Positions 23,594 to 31,592 of a DNA stretch of 32,000 bases are shown here, piece after piece. A program made the translations under genes and the position numbers. Numbering within the stretch: position 1 is the stretch's first letter; each line of letters opens with the position of its first letter. Source of the stretch: Candidatus Aminicenantes bacterium (GTDB lineage: Bacteria; Acidobacteriota; Aminicenantia; Aminicenantales; UBA4085); assembly GCA_017883285.1 (NCBI GenBank), contig JADGNV010000147.1:1-32000 (forward strand). Reading direction: 5' to 3'. The notes below the pieces were generated by a model. That model worked only from the letters and a program-made list of their open reading frames with translations, searched no databases and was not told the origin of the DNA.

Positions 23594-23859
23594 CGTTGTT
23601 CTCCGTACTGTGCGCGCTCCCGTGCGGTTGCTTTTCTTGCAGAAATGATCCGGATGCTCTCGCCTCGCCACGTATAGACGACCACAAGGATTCTCCCGAG
23701 ATCATCAAGCCCCATAGTGATGTGCCTTTATTCTTGTGAAGATCGTTCTTCTATCGTAATGGCATATTCATCAGAGAGGACTTCGACAGCCTCAGCAAAC
23801 GAAACCCCATGCTTTTTGCGGTTCCCCCGTGCTTTTTCCGGATCCCAATCAAACATCAT
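23590..23859 (-). pseudogene. brnT: BrnT-type toxin interrupted by an in-frame TAA at codon 44
   Basis: MMFDWDPEKARGNRKKHGVSFAEAVEVLSDEYAITIEERSSQE-TAA(23730..23728)-RHITMGLDDLGRILVVVYTWRGESIRIISARKATARERAQY. Both halves match the BrnT consensus in one frame. Confidence 0.75.
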
Positions 23860-23864
23860 GATCT

Positions 23865-23893
23865 AGTATATGTACAATTGTGCACATTGTCAA
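23865..23893 (-). promoter_or_regulatory. brnTA promoter candidate with an embedded palindrome; the near-leaderless geometry is notable
   Basis: The minus strand reads TTGACA (23893..23888), 17 nt, TATACT (23870..23865), then only 5 nt to the ATG at 23859. The spacer contains the perfect palindrome ACAATTGT. Confidence 0.5.
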
Positions 23894-24128
23894 GCGCTTT
23901 CCGTCGTCCAGCGGCTATTAGATGGTCCTCGAATACCCAGACGACACGGTGGCCTGCTCCAAGCGGACGCAATAACAGTTCGTGAGCGGAGTTGCCCGTC
24001 CGCAAAAAACCCCTCATGCGTCCTCTGAAGGTCCTCAAAAATGGTTTTTGCTTCGAGCCCGGGCGTCGTTCCCACTCGTCGCTATAGAAGACGTGGTCGC
24101 TGAGGGGGATTGGGACCAGACGAAACAG

Positions 24129-24157
24129 TTGACAAAATAGTATCATATTAGTACTAT
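24129..24157 (+). promoter_or_regulatory. hicAB promoter candidate with an inverted-repeat operator; the near-leaderless geometry is notable
   Basis: TTGACA (24129-24134), 17 nt, TACTAT (24152-24157), then 4 nt to the ATG at 24162. AATAGTA (24136-24142) and TACTATT (24152-24158) form a perfect 7-bp inverted repeat. Confidence 0.5.
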
Positions 24158-24161
24158 TAAG

Positions 24162-24356
24162 ATGCCTAAAAGGATCCGAGAGCTGATCAGGGACCTTGAG
24201 ATGGCCGGTTTCGTCAATCGCGGAGGGAAAGGAAGCCATCGCAACTTCATTCACGCATCCGGCGTCGTCCTGACCGTCTCGGGCCAACCCAGAAACGATG
24301 CAAAGCCGTATCAAATCAAATTGGTCAGGGAAAAAATCGAGGAAATACGGAAATGA
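24162..24356 (+). CDS. hicA: HicA-family mRNA interferase toxin
   Basis: 64 aa, MPKRIRELIRDLEMAGFVNRGGKGSHRNFIH... Confidence 0.85.
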   Translation: MPKRIRELIRDLEMAGFVNRGGKGSHRNFIHASGVVLTVSGQPRNDAKPYQIKLVREKIEEIRK

Positions 24357-24700
24357 AACCGCGCGATAAATACCTGAAGCTCGTCGTCTGGTCGGAGGAA
24401 GACCGGTGTTACGTTGGGTCCGTCCCCTGCTGGATCGACGCCTGCTGTCATGGGAGCGACGAGGCGGAGGTCTACCGAGAGCTTTGCCGTATCGTCGACG
24501 AGTGGATCGAGATCTATCGGAAGGACGGGCGGCCCCTCCCCCCGCCTACAAACAGGGACTATTCCGGAAGGTTCGTATTACGGACCGGCCCGGAGATGCA
24601 CCGGGCCCTTGCCGTCCGCGCCCTCAGCGAAGGCGAAAGCCTGAATTCGTTCGTCGTCAAATCGCTCAAGAAGACTGTCCAGCAGGGACGCGGAGGATAA
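24353..24700 (+). CDS. hicB: HicB-family antitoxin with a C-terminal RHH-like DNA-binding tail
   Basis: Its ATG overlaps the hicA stop (ATGA). YLKLVVWSEEDRCYVGSVPCW... followed by GRFVLRTGPEMHRALAVRALSEGESLNSFVVKSL. Confidence 0.85.
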   Translation: MKPRDKYLKLVVWSEEDRCYVGSVPCWIDACCHGSDEAEVYRELCRIVDEWIEIYRKDGRPLPPPTNRDYSGRFVLRTGPEMHRALAVRALSEGESLNSFVVKSLKKTVQQGRGG

Positions 24701-24718
24701 CGGCCTTCCGTCCAGACC

Positions 24719-25753
24719 CTATTTCGCGCCCGCCAGCATCCCGCAGCCGGCATTGATGTCCTGCCCCCCGCTATAGCGCCGCACCACGGGCATCTTCAGG
24801 TGCTTTCGCAACGCATCCCGGAACGTATCCAGCTCATCGGAGGTGGGCGGGTGGAAGCGCCCGGTGGCGTCGTTCACATCGATCAGATCCAGAGTGATCG
24901 GCAGGCCCCGAACCATCTCCGCCAGTTGGATGGCATCCTCTTCCCGCGTGTTGAACCCGGAAATCATCGTCCAGGCCAATACCACGCGCTGCCTCGAAGC
25001 TCGATGGTATTCCCAGATCGACTCCATCAGCTCCGGCAGCGGATAGGCCTTCTCCACCGGCATGAGCCCGCCCCGCCGGGACGGATCCGCGCTCACCAGC
25101 GACACCACCAGGCGGAAAGGCAGCCGGTCGGCCGTGAATCGCCGGATGCCCGGCACCACGCCCGCCGTCGAGAGGCTGATGGATTTTGACGAAATCGCCA
25201 TCCCGCACGGCTCGCTCAGGATCCGGGCCGCACGCACCACGGCCTCATAATTCAGCATCGGTTCGCCCATGCCCATGAACACCACTCCCCGGACGGGATG
25301 CCGCGAATCCGCCGCGACACGGATGACCTGATCGACCATTTCCCAAGTCGAAAGGTTGCGTCCAAAACCCATTCGCCCCGTCGCGCAAAATTCGCAGCCC
25401 AGCGCGCATCCCACCTGCGTGCTCACGCAGACGATGAGCTTTTCGTCTCCGGACCGGTGCACGAGCGGGATCCGCACTGCCTCGAACGGTTCCGGCCCAT
25501 CGCCTTGGAAAAGATACTTGGCGAATCCATCCCGCGCCGAAACCGCCTTGTCTCGCTGGATCAGCCGCGGCAGGCGCACCTCTCTCCGCACGCGCGCCAG
25601 CAGCTTATCCGATACCTCCGAAAGGCTCTCGGGAAACTCGTCGCGCCTCACCACCGCCGCCTGCAGCCGTCGGGCCAGACGCAAGGAAACGCCGAGCGGC
25701 GCCAGTCCAGCATGAAGCTCGGAAGCGGTTGAGTCTTTGAACAGGGGCGGCAT
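24719..25753 (-). CDS. rlmN: RlmN/Cfr-family radical SAM rRNA/tRNA adenine C2-methyltransferase
   Basis: Start MPPLFKDS (ATG 25753..25751). Radical SAM cluster motif GCALGCEFCATG, GMGEP, and C-terminal ...GQDINAGCGML. 344 aa. The upstream part of the track ORF is an Arg/Pro-rich artefact. Confidence 0.8.
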   Translation of the reverse strand: MPPLFKDSTASELHAGLAPLGVSLRLARRLQAAVVRRDEFPESLSEVSDKLLARVRREVRLPRLIQRDKAVSARDGFAKYLFQGDGPEPFEAVRIPLVHRSGDEKLIVCVSTQVGCALGCEFCATGRMGFGRNLSTWEMVDQVIRVAADSRHPVRGVVFMGMGEPMLNYEAVVRAARILSEPCGMAISSKSISLSTAGVVPGIRRFTADRLPFRLVVSLVSADPSRRGGLMPVEKAYPLPELMESIWEYHRASRQRVVLAWTMISGFNTREEDAIQLAEMVRGLPITLDLIDVNDATGRFHPPTSDELDTFRDALRKHLKMPVVRRYSGGQDINAGCGMLAGAK

Positions 25754-25779
25754 GGGAGAAGAGAAAAGCCCGGACGGAA

Positions 25780-26256
25780 TCAACCAAACAATTTTTTGGT
25801 CAGCGCGGCCAGGCGGACGGCGTATTTTTCGCAGCTTTTGAGCGAGCGCTCGTCGGGCCGCCCCACAGCCACCGGGCCATAGTGGTCGCCTTGGTGGTCG
25901 CCCTGGACGATCATGCCGTGGATCATCAGCGATTTGAGGATGTCGAGGACCGTCGTCTCGTTGCCGCCGGCCAGGTTGGCGGACGACGTGAACGCGCCGC
26001 CGACCTTGCCCTTGAGCTTGCCGTGGTGCTTGACGCTCTCGTCGATGAGCTTCTTGAGGGGCCAGGCCATCGTGCCGTAATAGGTCGGCGATCCGAAGAC
26101 CAGGCAATCATAGGCCAAAAGATCGGCGGGCAGGACGTCTTGGACTTTCTTCAAATCGGCCGGCAGGCCTTTTTCGTTCAGGACCTCGGCGATGCGGACG
26201 GCCATCTTCTCGGTGTTATGGGAATGGCTGTAATAGCAAACAAGCGCTTTGGGCAT
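25780..26256 (-). CDS. flavodoxin-family protein (WrbA/NAD(P)H-quinone-oxidoreductase-like)
   Basis: MPKALVCYYSHSHNTEKMA...LVFGSPTYYGTMAWPLKKLID... is a typical flavodoxin-like fold signature. Confidence 0.8.
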   Translation of the reverse strand: MPKALVCYYSHSHNTEKMAVRIAEVLNEKGLPADLKKVQDVLPADLLAYDCLVFGSPTYYGTMAWPLKKLIDESVKHHGKLKGKVGGAFTSSANLAGGNETTVLDILKSLMIHGMIVQGDHQGDHYGPVAVGRPDERSLKSCEKYAVRLAALTKKLFG

Positions 26257-26489
26257 GGGGCGCCTCCTCGCGCTATTTTATCATATCAAGGCCTCGATTC
26301 CGGGACTGAGCGTCAACTCCGGTGGATATCTTCTCCGAGTGATTCTTCGATCCGGAAAACAATATCCTCCCGCCTCGACGAATACGTCGTCCGATTTTCG
26401 GTTGCGGACCGGGCTCCGGCGCGTTAGACTGAACCGCGAGAGTTGAACCATGAACGGGGAGCTCCAAGACTATATCGACAGGCACTAGC

Positions 26490-27188
26490 ATGAAAAAAGA
26501 CTTTCGAATAATCGGGTTCGACGCGGACGATACCCTCTGGGTCAATGAGCCATATTATCAGGAGACGGAACGACATTTTTGCGAGTTGCTTTCCGGTTAC
26601 GGCAACGTCGAAGACATATCCCAAGAGCTGTTCAAGACCGAAATACAAAATCTCGAGCTTTATGGCTTCGGGGCAAAAGGATTCATGCTTTCCATGATGG
26701 AAACGGCCTTGCGGATAAGCCATCAGCAAGCGTCCTTGTCGACGATCGATAACATCCTTCGCTTGGGAAAAGAACTTCTTGATAAGCCGGTCGTTTTGCT
26801 TGAGGGAGTCGAGGACGTTTTAGATGAGCTGCATAAAAGGGGAATAAAGCTCATTATCGCAACCAAGGGAGATCTGCTCGACCAGCAAAGAAAACTCGCC
26901 AAGTCGAAGATCGAGAGATACTTTCATCACATAGAAATCATGAGCGATAAGAAGGAGTCCGACTACCTGAAGCTTCTGGCGCATTTGGATATCAAGCCTG
27001 AACATTTCTTGATGATCGGCAATTCTCTCAAATCGGATATCATCCCGGTTTTGAATATCGGCGGCTATGGCCTTCACATTCCTTATCACACGACCTGGCA
27101 GCACGAAAAAAACGCGACCGTCGAAAATCCGATAAATTACCGGGAGATCGAACACATTTCTAAAGTGATGGAGATCTTCGAGGAGTGA
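26490..27188 (+). CDS. HAD-superfamily hydrolase
   Basis: Motif I GFDADDTLW (DxDxT), later ATKGD and GNSLKSD. Confidence 0.8.
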   Translation: MKKDFRIIGFDADDTLWVNEPYYQETERHFCELLSGYGNVEDISQELFKTEIQNLELYGFGAKGFMLSMMETALRISHQQASLSTIDNILRLGKELLDKPVVLLEGVEDVLDELHKRGIKLIIATKGDLLDQQRKLAKSKIERYFHHIEIMSDKKESDYLKLLAHLDIKPEHFLMIGNSLKSDIIPVLNIGGYGLHIPYHTTWQHEKNATVENPINYREIEHISKVMEIFEE

Positions 27189-27217
27189 AGGCGGCGGAGG
27201 GGATTGAGGAGGGCTTG

Positions 27218-27934
27218 ATGCCGGAACCGCAAAAAAGACGTTTTCTCCTCATTCACGGCGTATTCATTGCCGCCTTCGCGGCGGCGATGCTCTTCGCCTC
27301 GATCAAATACGCGCCGCTCATCACCCGGCTCGTGAGCCATCAGGAGAAATTCAAGGAATTCATGGATTCCTACGGTTCGTTAAGCGCCGTCGTCTATATT
27401 TTGCTTCAGGCGGCCCAGATCGTTGTGGCCGTCATCCCGGGCGAGGTTGTCCAGATCGCCGGAGGATATGCCTTCGGGACTTTTCTCGGAACGCTCTATT
27501 CCGTCCTGGGGGCCATCCTCGGCACCCTGATCGTTTTTTACGCGACCCGGCTTCTCGGCTACTCGATCGTGAGAAGATTCGTGTCCGCCGAAAAGCTGGC
27601 GAAATTCGATTTCCTGATCAACAATCCGAAGTCCGAAATCATCCTCTTGCTTCTGTTCATGATTCCCGGGATTCCCAAGGACACGCTGACCTATATCGCG
27701 GGACTGACCCCGGTCAAGCCGCTGCGGTTCCTTCTGATCAGCATGCTGGGCCGATTCCCGGGGCTCTGGGGTTCGGCTTATATCGGGGCCAATCTTCAGG
27801 AGAAGGATTATCTCCCGGTCTGGATCCTCTCCGGGGTTTCCGTTGTTCTATTCGTCGCGGGGCTCTTATTGAAAAACAAGATCATCGGCAAGATGAATCG
27901 CCTCCGCCATCGCGGCCCATTACCCCCCCCATGA
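27218..27934 (+). CDS. TVP38/TMEM64 (DedA-related, SNARE-associated domain) membrane protein
   Basis: VIPGEVVQIAGGYAFG motif and multiple TM segments. ATG 27218 with GAGGAGGG upstream is preferred over GTG 27185, which overlaps the HAD gene stop. Confidence 0.75.
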   Translation: MPEPQKRRFLLIHGVFIAAFAAAMLFASIKYAPLITRLVSHQEKFKEFMDSYGSLSAVVYILLQAAQIVVAVIPGEVVQIAGGYAFGTFLGTLYSVLGAILGTLIVFYATRLLGYSIVRRFVSAEKLAKFDFLINNPKSEIILLLLFMIPGIPKDTLTYIAGLTPVKPLRFLLISMLGRFPGLWGSAYIGANLQEKDYLPVWILSGVSVVLFVAGLLLKNKIIGKMNRLRHRGPLPPP

Positions 27935-27984
27935 GACCGGTCATACACTCGACGGCCCGGTCCGCCGGAATGAGGCTTACGGAA

Positions 27985-28254
27985 TCAATCCTTCTTCGCG
28001 TCCTTCTCTTTGCCGGCGTCCTTCGCCACGCGGGCCAGCCGCTCGATCTCCTTGTCCACGAGGTCGTTGACCTGGCCCACGACCGCGCCCTGGGTGTCGA
28101 TCAGGATCGACCCTTCGTCGATCATCTCCTGGATCTTGTCCTCGATGAGACTCACCCGTTCGAACCGCTCCTTGATCGCCGTGTCCACGTGGCCCGCGTC
28201 GACCACGGTCTTCCCGCCGGGGATAAGAATTTGCTTTTTCGCTCTTCGCGACAT
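27985..28254 (-). CDS. hypothetical 89-aa charged protein
   Basis: ATG 28254 is preceded by AGGAAGGA. Sequence begins MSRRAKKQILIPGGKTVVDAGHVDTAIKERFE... and has a Lys/Asp/Glu-rich tail. No domain recognised. Confidence 0.55.
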   Translation of the reverse strand: MSRRAKKQILIPGGKTVVDAGHVDTAIKERFERVSLIEDKIQEMIDEGSILIDTQGAVVGQVNDLVDKEIERLARVAKDAGKEKDAKKD

Positions 28255-28325
28255 TCCTTCCTAAAAAGATCGGCATCAACACTTCCCCTCGCATATAGAA
28301 GGTAATCCTTGCCGCGGATCGATGT

Positions 28326-28451
28326 CGGCTTCTCGGCCACAAACGTCAGTTTGAGGTGGTCGATGATCCGGTCCACGGCGGCATATTCCGTGATGAAGGC
28401 CACGACCTTCATCGTGCCCCCGCACTTGGGACAGATCGTCGGGTCGACCTC
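28326..28451 (-). pseudogene. IS91-family transposase C-terminal fragment (zinc-ribbon part)
   Basis: EVDPTICPKCGGTMKVVAFITEYAAVDRIIDHLKL matches the recalled ..YEVDPLxCPKCGGxMKIIAFIE..VIxKILxHLGL tail. Confidence 0.6.
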
Positions 28452-28452
28452 G

Positions 28453-28614
28453 CACATCCCCGACAAAGGCCAAGTCATGGTTCGGTACTATAGCCTGTAC
28501 GCCAACGCCCACCGGGGGAAGGTCAAGAAGGCGAGTATGAGTCCGTCAGCGTTGCGGATGGCCGAGGAGGATATCCGACGCATCCCCTCCAAGGGTTGGG
28601 CGGAGATGATCAGG
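28453..28614 (+). pseudogene. IS91-family transposase fragment immediately preceding the zinc ribbon, on the opposite strand (inverted segment)
   Basis: HIPDKGQVMVRYYSLYANAHRGKVKK...SKGWAEMIR matches HIPxKGxxxxRYYGxYSNxxRGxxKK....WAxLIxKVY. It starts 1 nt from the EVDP fragment, head to head. Confidence 0.6.
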
Positions 28615-28641
28615 TGTCCGCGTTAAGCAATTTTACTATAT

Positions 28642-28872
28642 TTATTTGCCCTCGTTTACAGTATCTTCGGCGAACTGGAAAACGTCCTCGACGGTCGTTC
28701 CAAAGGCCTTGGCGATTTTCATAGCGAGGTACGTGGAAGGGATATAGACTCCGTTCTCGATCGTGTTGATGGTCTTGCGGGTCACGCCCACGCGATGGGC
28801 CAGTTCCTCCTGGGTCCAGTCCTTGATGGCCCGTTGGACCTTGATCCGGTTCTTCAAGACGTTTCCGCCCAT
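28642..28872 (-). CDS. XRE-family helix-turn-helix transcriptional regulator
   Basis: 76 aa, LKNRIKVQRAIKDWTQEELAHRVGVTRKTINTIENGVYIPSTYLAMKIAKAF. Confidence 0.85.
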   Translation of the reverse strand: MGGNVLKNRIKVQRAIKDWTQEELAHRVGVTRKTINTIENGVYIPSTYLAMKIAKAFGTTVEDVFQFAEDTVNEGK

Positions 28873-28873
28873 G

Positions 28874-29320
28874 TCAGCCTCTGTCCAGATAGTAGAAAGA
28901 AATGTTGTAGCCGCCGATTCCGATTAAGAACGCGGTCACGGCCACGGAAATGACGTCGAACCATAGAAACACGGATAAGATGGAAAAAACAGCCAGGCAC
29001 GCGACCATCGAAAAGAAGCCCGTTTTCCACGCTTTCATGTCGTGAATCTGGAACAGCTCGTTGTACAGAGCGGTTTTCAGAACGGGATCCTTTTTAATTT
29101 TGCGGGCGCCGGCGGCCAGGCTCAAGGATGAAAACGCCTGGAACGGCAGGGTCGCTGCCAGGACGGCGATCAAGATCCTGTCCGCCGTAACAGGAATTGA
29201 TCCGATGCTTTTCAGGATCAACCTGGGTATCCAAGATAAAAGAAAAACGGCCAGGCTCGCGATGTACATTTTGATGTTCCGCCCCCGTTTCCGATCAAGA
29301 GCTTCGATGTCGTGATTCAT
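28874..29320 (-). CDS. small multi-pass membrane protein co-transcribed with the XRE regulator
   Basis: ATG 29320..29318 is preceded by AGGAGG at 6-nt spacing and is preferred over ATG 29338. About four hydrophobic segments. The stop lies 1 nt before the XRE start. Confidence 0.7.
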   Translation of the reverse strand: MNHDIEALDRKRGRNIKMYIASLAVFLLSWIPRLILKSIGSIPVTADRILIAVLAATLPFQAFSSLSLAAGARKIKKDPVLKTALYNELFQIHDMKAWKTGFFSMVACLAVFSILSVFLWFDVISVAVTAFLIGIGGYNISFYYLDRG

Positions 29321-29321
29321 T

Positions 29322-31319
29322 TCATTCCTCCTTTTCATTTCCGGTCGGGCGCTTTTTCTGTTCCTCCATGTTCAGAATGGGCAGGAGCACATGGGAAGGA
29401 TAGGATCGGCCGTGGTAAACGATCTGGTCGGCCTTGAGGAACCGGGATTCCAGCTCATTGTGGCCGCCGGTGTTGAGATTGCGGCTGAATTTGGGAAAAA
29501 GAGCCGAACAGACGACCAGCATCAACCGCTCACCCGGTTCGATGGCGATGCCCGTCTGCCACAGATCGAGCCGGTACTCATAAATCTTTCCGGGTTCGAG
29601 GAGCTGGGGATGGGAAAACGATTCCCGGTAACGGGCCCGGGTGATGCCTTCGGCCAGGGGAAGGGGACGTCCATCGCGATCGATCCGGGCCAGGCGCATG
29701 ACCCAGTCCGTGTCCCTGGCGGATGTCGAAGCATACAGAACGGCGGAAACGGGGCCGGCGGCGTTTCCCCGGGAGCTCAGGTAGTATTTGGTCATGACCG
29801 TGTTTTCGAGCGGATAGGTGTTGCCGTAGACCCAGTCGTTGGGTCCCATAATGAACAATTCCACCGACGGTTCATTTTTAATCCTGTCGTCCCCGTCTTT
29901 CAGCCAGCGGTCCAACCATTTCAGGTAGCTTGATTGCCAGTAGGCATCGTAGTCGGGATGATGAAGCCATTCGCGCCAGTTGTCGATTTTCCGGCCGAAC
30001 AGGGCTTCATCAAGTTCGACGACCGGAAGGCGCATCAGCTTTTTTTGATCCAGGACGGATAACGATTCTTGAAAGGCGAATCCGGTGATGTCGGAGGTGG
30101 CGTTTCGTTCGACCATGTTGGACCACCACAAGGAGGTCGCGAGCATCAAGGCGCCGTTCTCATGGGGAAAATTGAAATAGGCTTCCGGAGGCGAGACGTT
30201 GGGAATCATGGCCTTGAGATGCGGCGGCCGCCGGCTGGCAGCCAGCCACTGAACCCATCCGAGATACGAAGCGCCGACCATACCGACGTTGCCGTTCGCC
30301 CAGGGTCTCGAGGCCAACCATTCGATCGTCTCGTATCCGTCGTCGGCCTCGTGGATCAGCGGCCGCCACTCGCCGGGGGAAGAAAAACGGCCGCGCACGT
30401 CCTGAGCAGCGAACACATAACCACGCCGGGCATAGAAACGGGCCTGCAGCTCGAGGTTTTCTTTCTTGTAGGGCGTGCGGGCGAGAACGACCGGATATTT
30501 CCCCACTCCGGCCGGGTGGTAGATGTCGGTTGCCAATTCGAGGCCGTCCTTCATCGGAATCCCGACGTCCTTATCGACGACGACCTCGTGTTCCGGAGTC
30601 GACAGGATGTCGGCCGGAGATTTGCCGGGCCGCAGGGCCTCGAAACCTTGGCGAACGAATAGGCCGTTTTGGGCCGGGTATTCGGCCAGGCAAATCCGAT
30701 CGAGGCGGTCGAGGGTGATGATCACGTCATATACCGGGTTCATTCGATAGAGGAATTTACGGAAAAGCCATTTTTCGCCGGCCACGGTTCGTTCGAAAGA
30801 TTCCAGGAATTCAAGAGACGCTTTGAGCGGCGTGGCCGGAATGAAAAAGAGCGGAAAAGACCGGTCGCCCCCTTTCCGCTGATCATAGGCCCTGACCGCC
30901 TGACTCATCAGAATCGGGCACATATCCTCCATGATCAACGTTCCCTTTTCCAGGGCAAGCGGGGACGTTTCGGCTCCGACGGTGACGGTAGTCTTTTCGC
31001 CGGTTCTTTTAACGACCGCGGTTCCCCGGAACGTGCGGGCGGTGATTTCGGTCCAGAATCCGTCTTGATCCACCTTGACGGCCAACGAACTGGACATGGT
31101 CTGTCCGGCCAGGGATACCTGGGACTCGCAGGTGATCGTCCCGTCAAGGGCCCATCGACAGACCGATGTCCCGACCTTTTCTTCATTGATGTAATAAATG
31201 AACCGGCCTTCTTCCTGATGCCCCTTGAGGGAGTGAACGGCCTGGATTTCGTCAGCTCTTCCAGGCAGGGACATTACGGCGGTCATCAGGATCAAGAGCG
31301 CCTTTTCAATGCTTTTCAT
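29322..31319 (-). CDS. CocE/NonD-family (S15 X-Pro dipeptidyl-peptidase-like) serine hydrolase homologue with an N-terminal extra domain; apparently lacks the Asp/His segments
   Basis: Start MKSIEKALLILMTAVMS (ATG 31319..31317, GAGGAG upstream). YPVVLARTPYKK, FAAQDVRGRFSSPGEW and the nucleophile motif GASYLG are present. No GWxD or GPWxH motifs were found. Confidence 0.75.
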   Translation of the reverse strand: MKSIEKALLILMTAVMSLPGRADEIQAVHSLKGHQEEGRFIYYINEEKVGTSVCRWALDGTITCESQVSLAGQTMSSSLAVKVDQDGFWTEITARTFRGTAVVKRTGEKTTVTVGAETSPLALEKGTLIMEDMCPILMSQAVRAYDQRKGGDRSFPLFFIPATPLKASLEFLESFERTVAGEKWLFRKFLYRMNPVYDVIITLDRLDRICLAEYPAQNGLFVRQGFEALRPGKSPADILSTPEHEVVVDKDVGIPMKDGLELATDIYHPAGVGKYPVVLARTPYKKENLELQARFYARRGYVFAAQDVRGRFSSPGEWRPLIHEADDGYETIEWLASRPWANGNVGMVGASYLGWVQWLAASRRPPHLKAMIPNVSPPEAYFNFPHENGALMLATSLWWSNMVERNATSDITGFAFQESLSVLDQKKLMRLPVVELDEALFGRKIDNWREWLHHPDYDAYWQSSYLKWLDRWLKDGDDRIKNEPSVELFIMGPNDWVYGNTYPLENTVMTKYYLSSRGNAAGPVSAVLYASTSARDTDWVMRLARIDRDGRPLPLAEGITRARYRESFSHPQLLEPGKIYEYRLDLWQTGIAIEPGERLMLVVCSALFPKFSRNLNTGGHNELESRFLKADQIVYHGRSYPSHVLLPILNMEEQKKRPTGNEKEE

Positions 31320-31489
31320 TTCCGTTCTCCTCAGCATTTTATTCACCCATAACGCCCATAATGAGTAAAATACATCCCAATATATAACCTAAAGGTTACT
31401 ATTTGTCAAGTGTTTTTTTACTTAGGGGGCTATCATCGATATATCCTTCCCTTAAATCCTTTTTTGTAATCTTGACACGGTTCCAAGGT

Positions 31490-31592
31490 TCAAGACCAGG
31501 GCCCTGCCCCTGGCCGGCGGTTTCACGGTGAGGATCAGTTTGTAGCATCGGCTCCCCCGCCCCCCATTTCCTCAATTTCCTTGACAGGAATC
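31490..31592 (+). repeat. copy 2 of the GH31 3'-end / promoter repeat: relic of a GH31 gene end upstream of hppA
   Basis: Reads FKTRALPLAGGFTVRISL-stop, against VKTKALPRASVFTVRIGL-stop at 13470-13527. ATTTCCTTGAC follows in both copies. Confidence 0.6.

Noticed and set aside
23147-23677. 176-aa plus-strand ORF running from repeat copy B through brnA
   Set aside because: It is antisense to the well-supported brnA gene, and its 5' part is the non-coding repeat.
23856-24314. 152-aa minus-strand ORF between the two TA loci, with a faint RelE/ParE-like stretch GAGHRVVWVFEDHLIAAGRRKA
   Set aside because: It overlaps hicA antisense and both promoter regions. The similarity is too weak and short to call even a remnant without a database search.
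26257-26489. Riboswitch or leader in the flavodoxin/HAD divergent intergenic region (GGATAT...ATATCC inverted repeat)
   Set aside because: It is a 6-bp stem with a 32-nt loop and bears no resemblance to FMN or other riboswitch cores that I can recognise.
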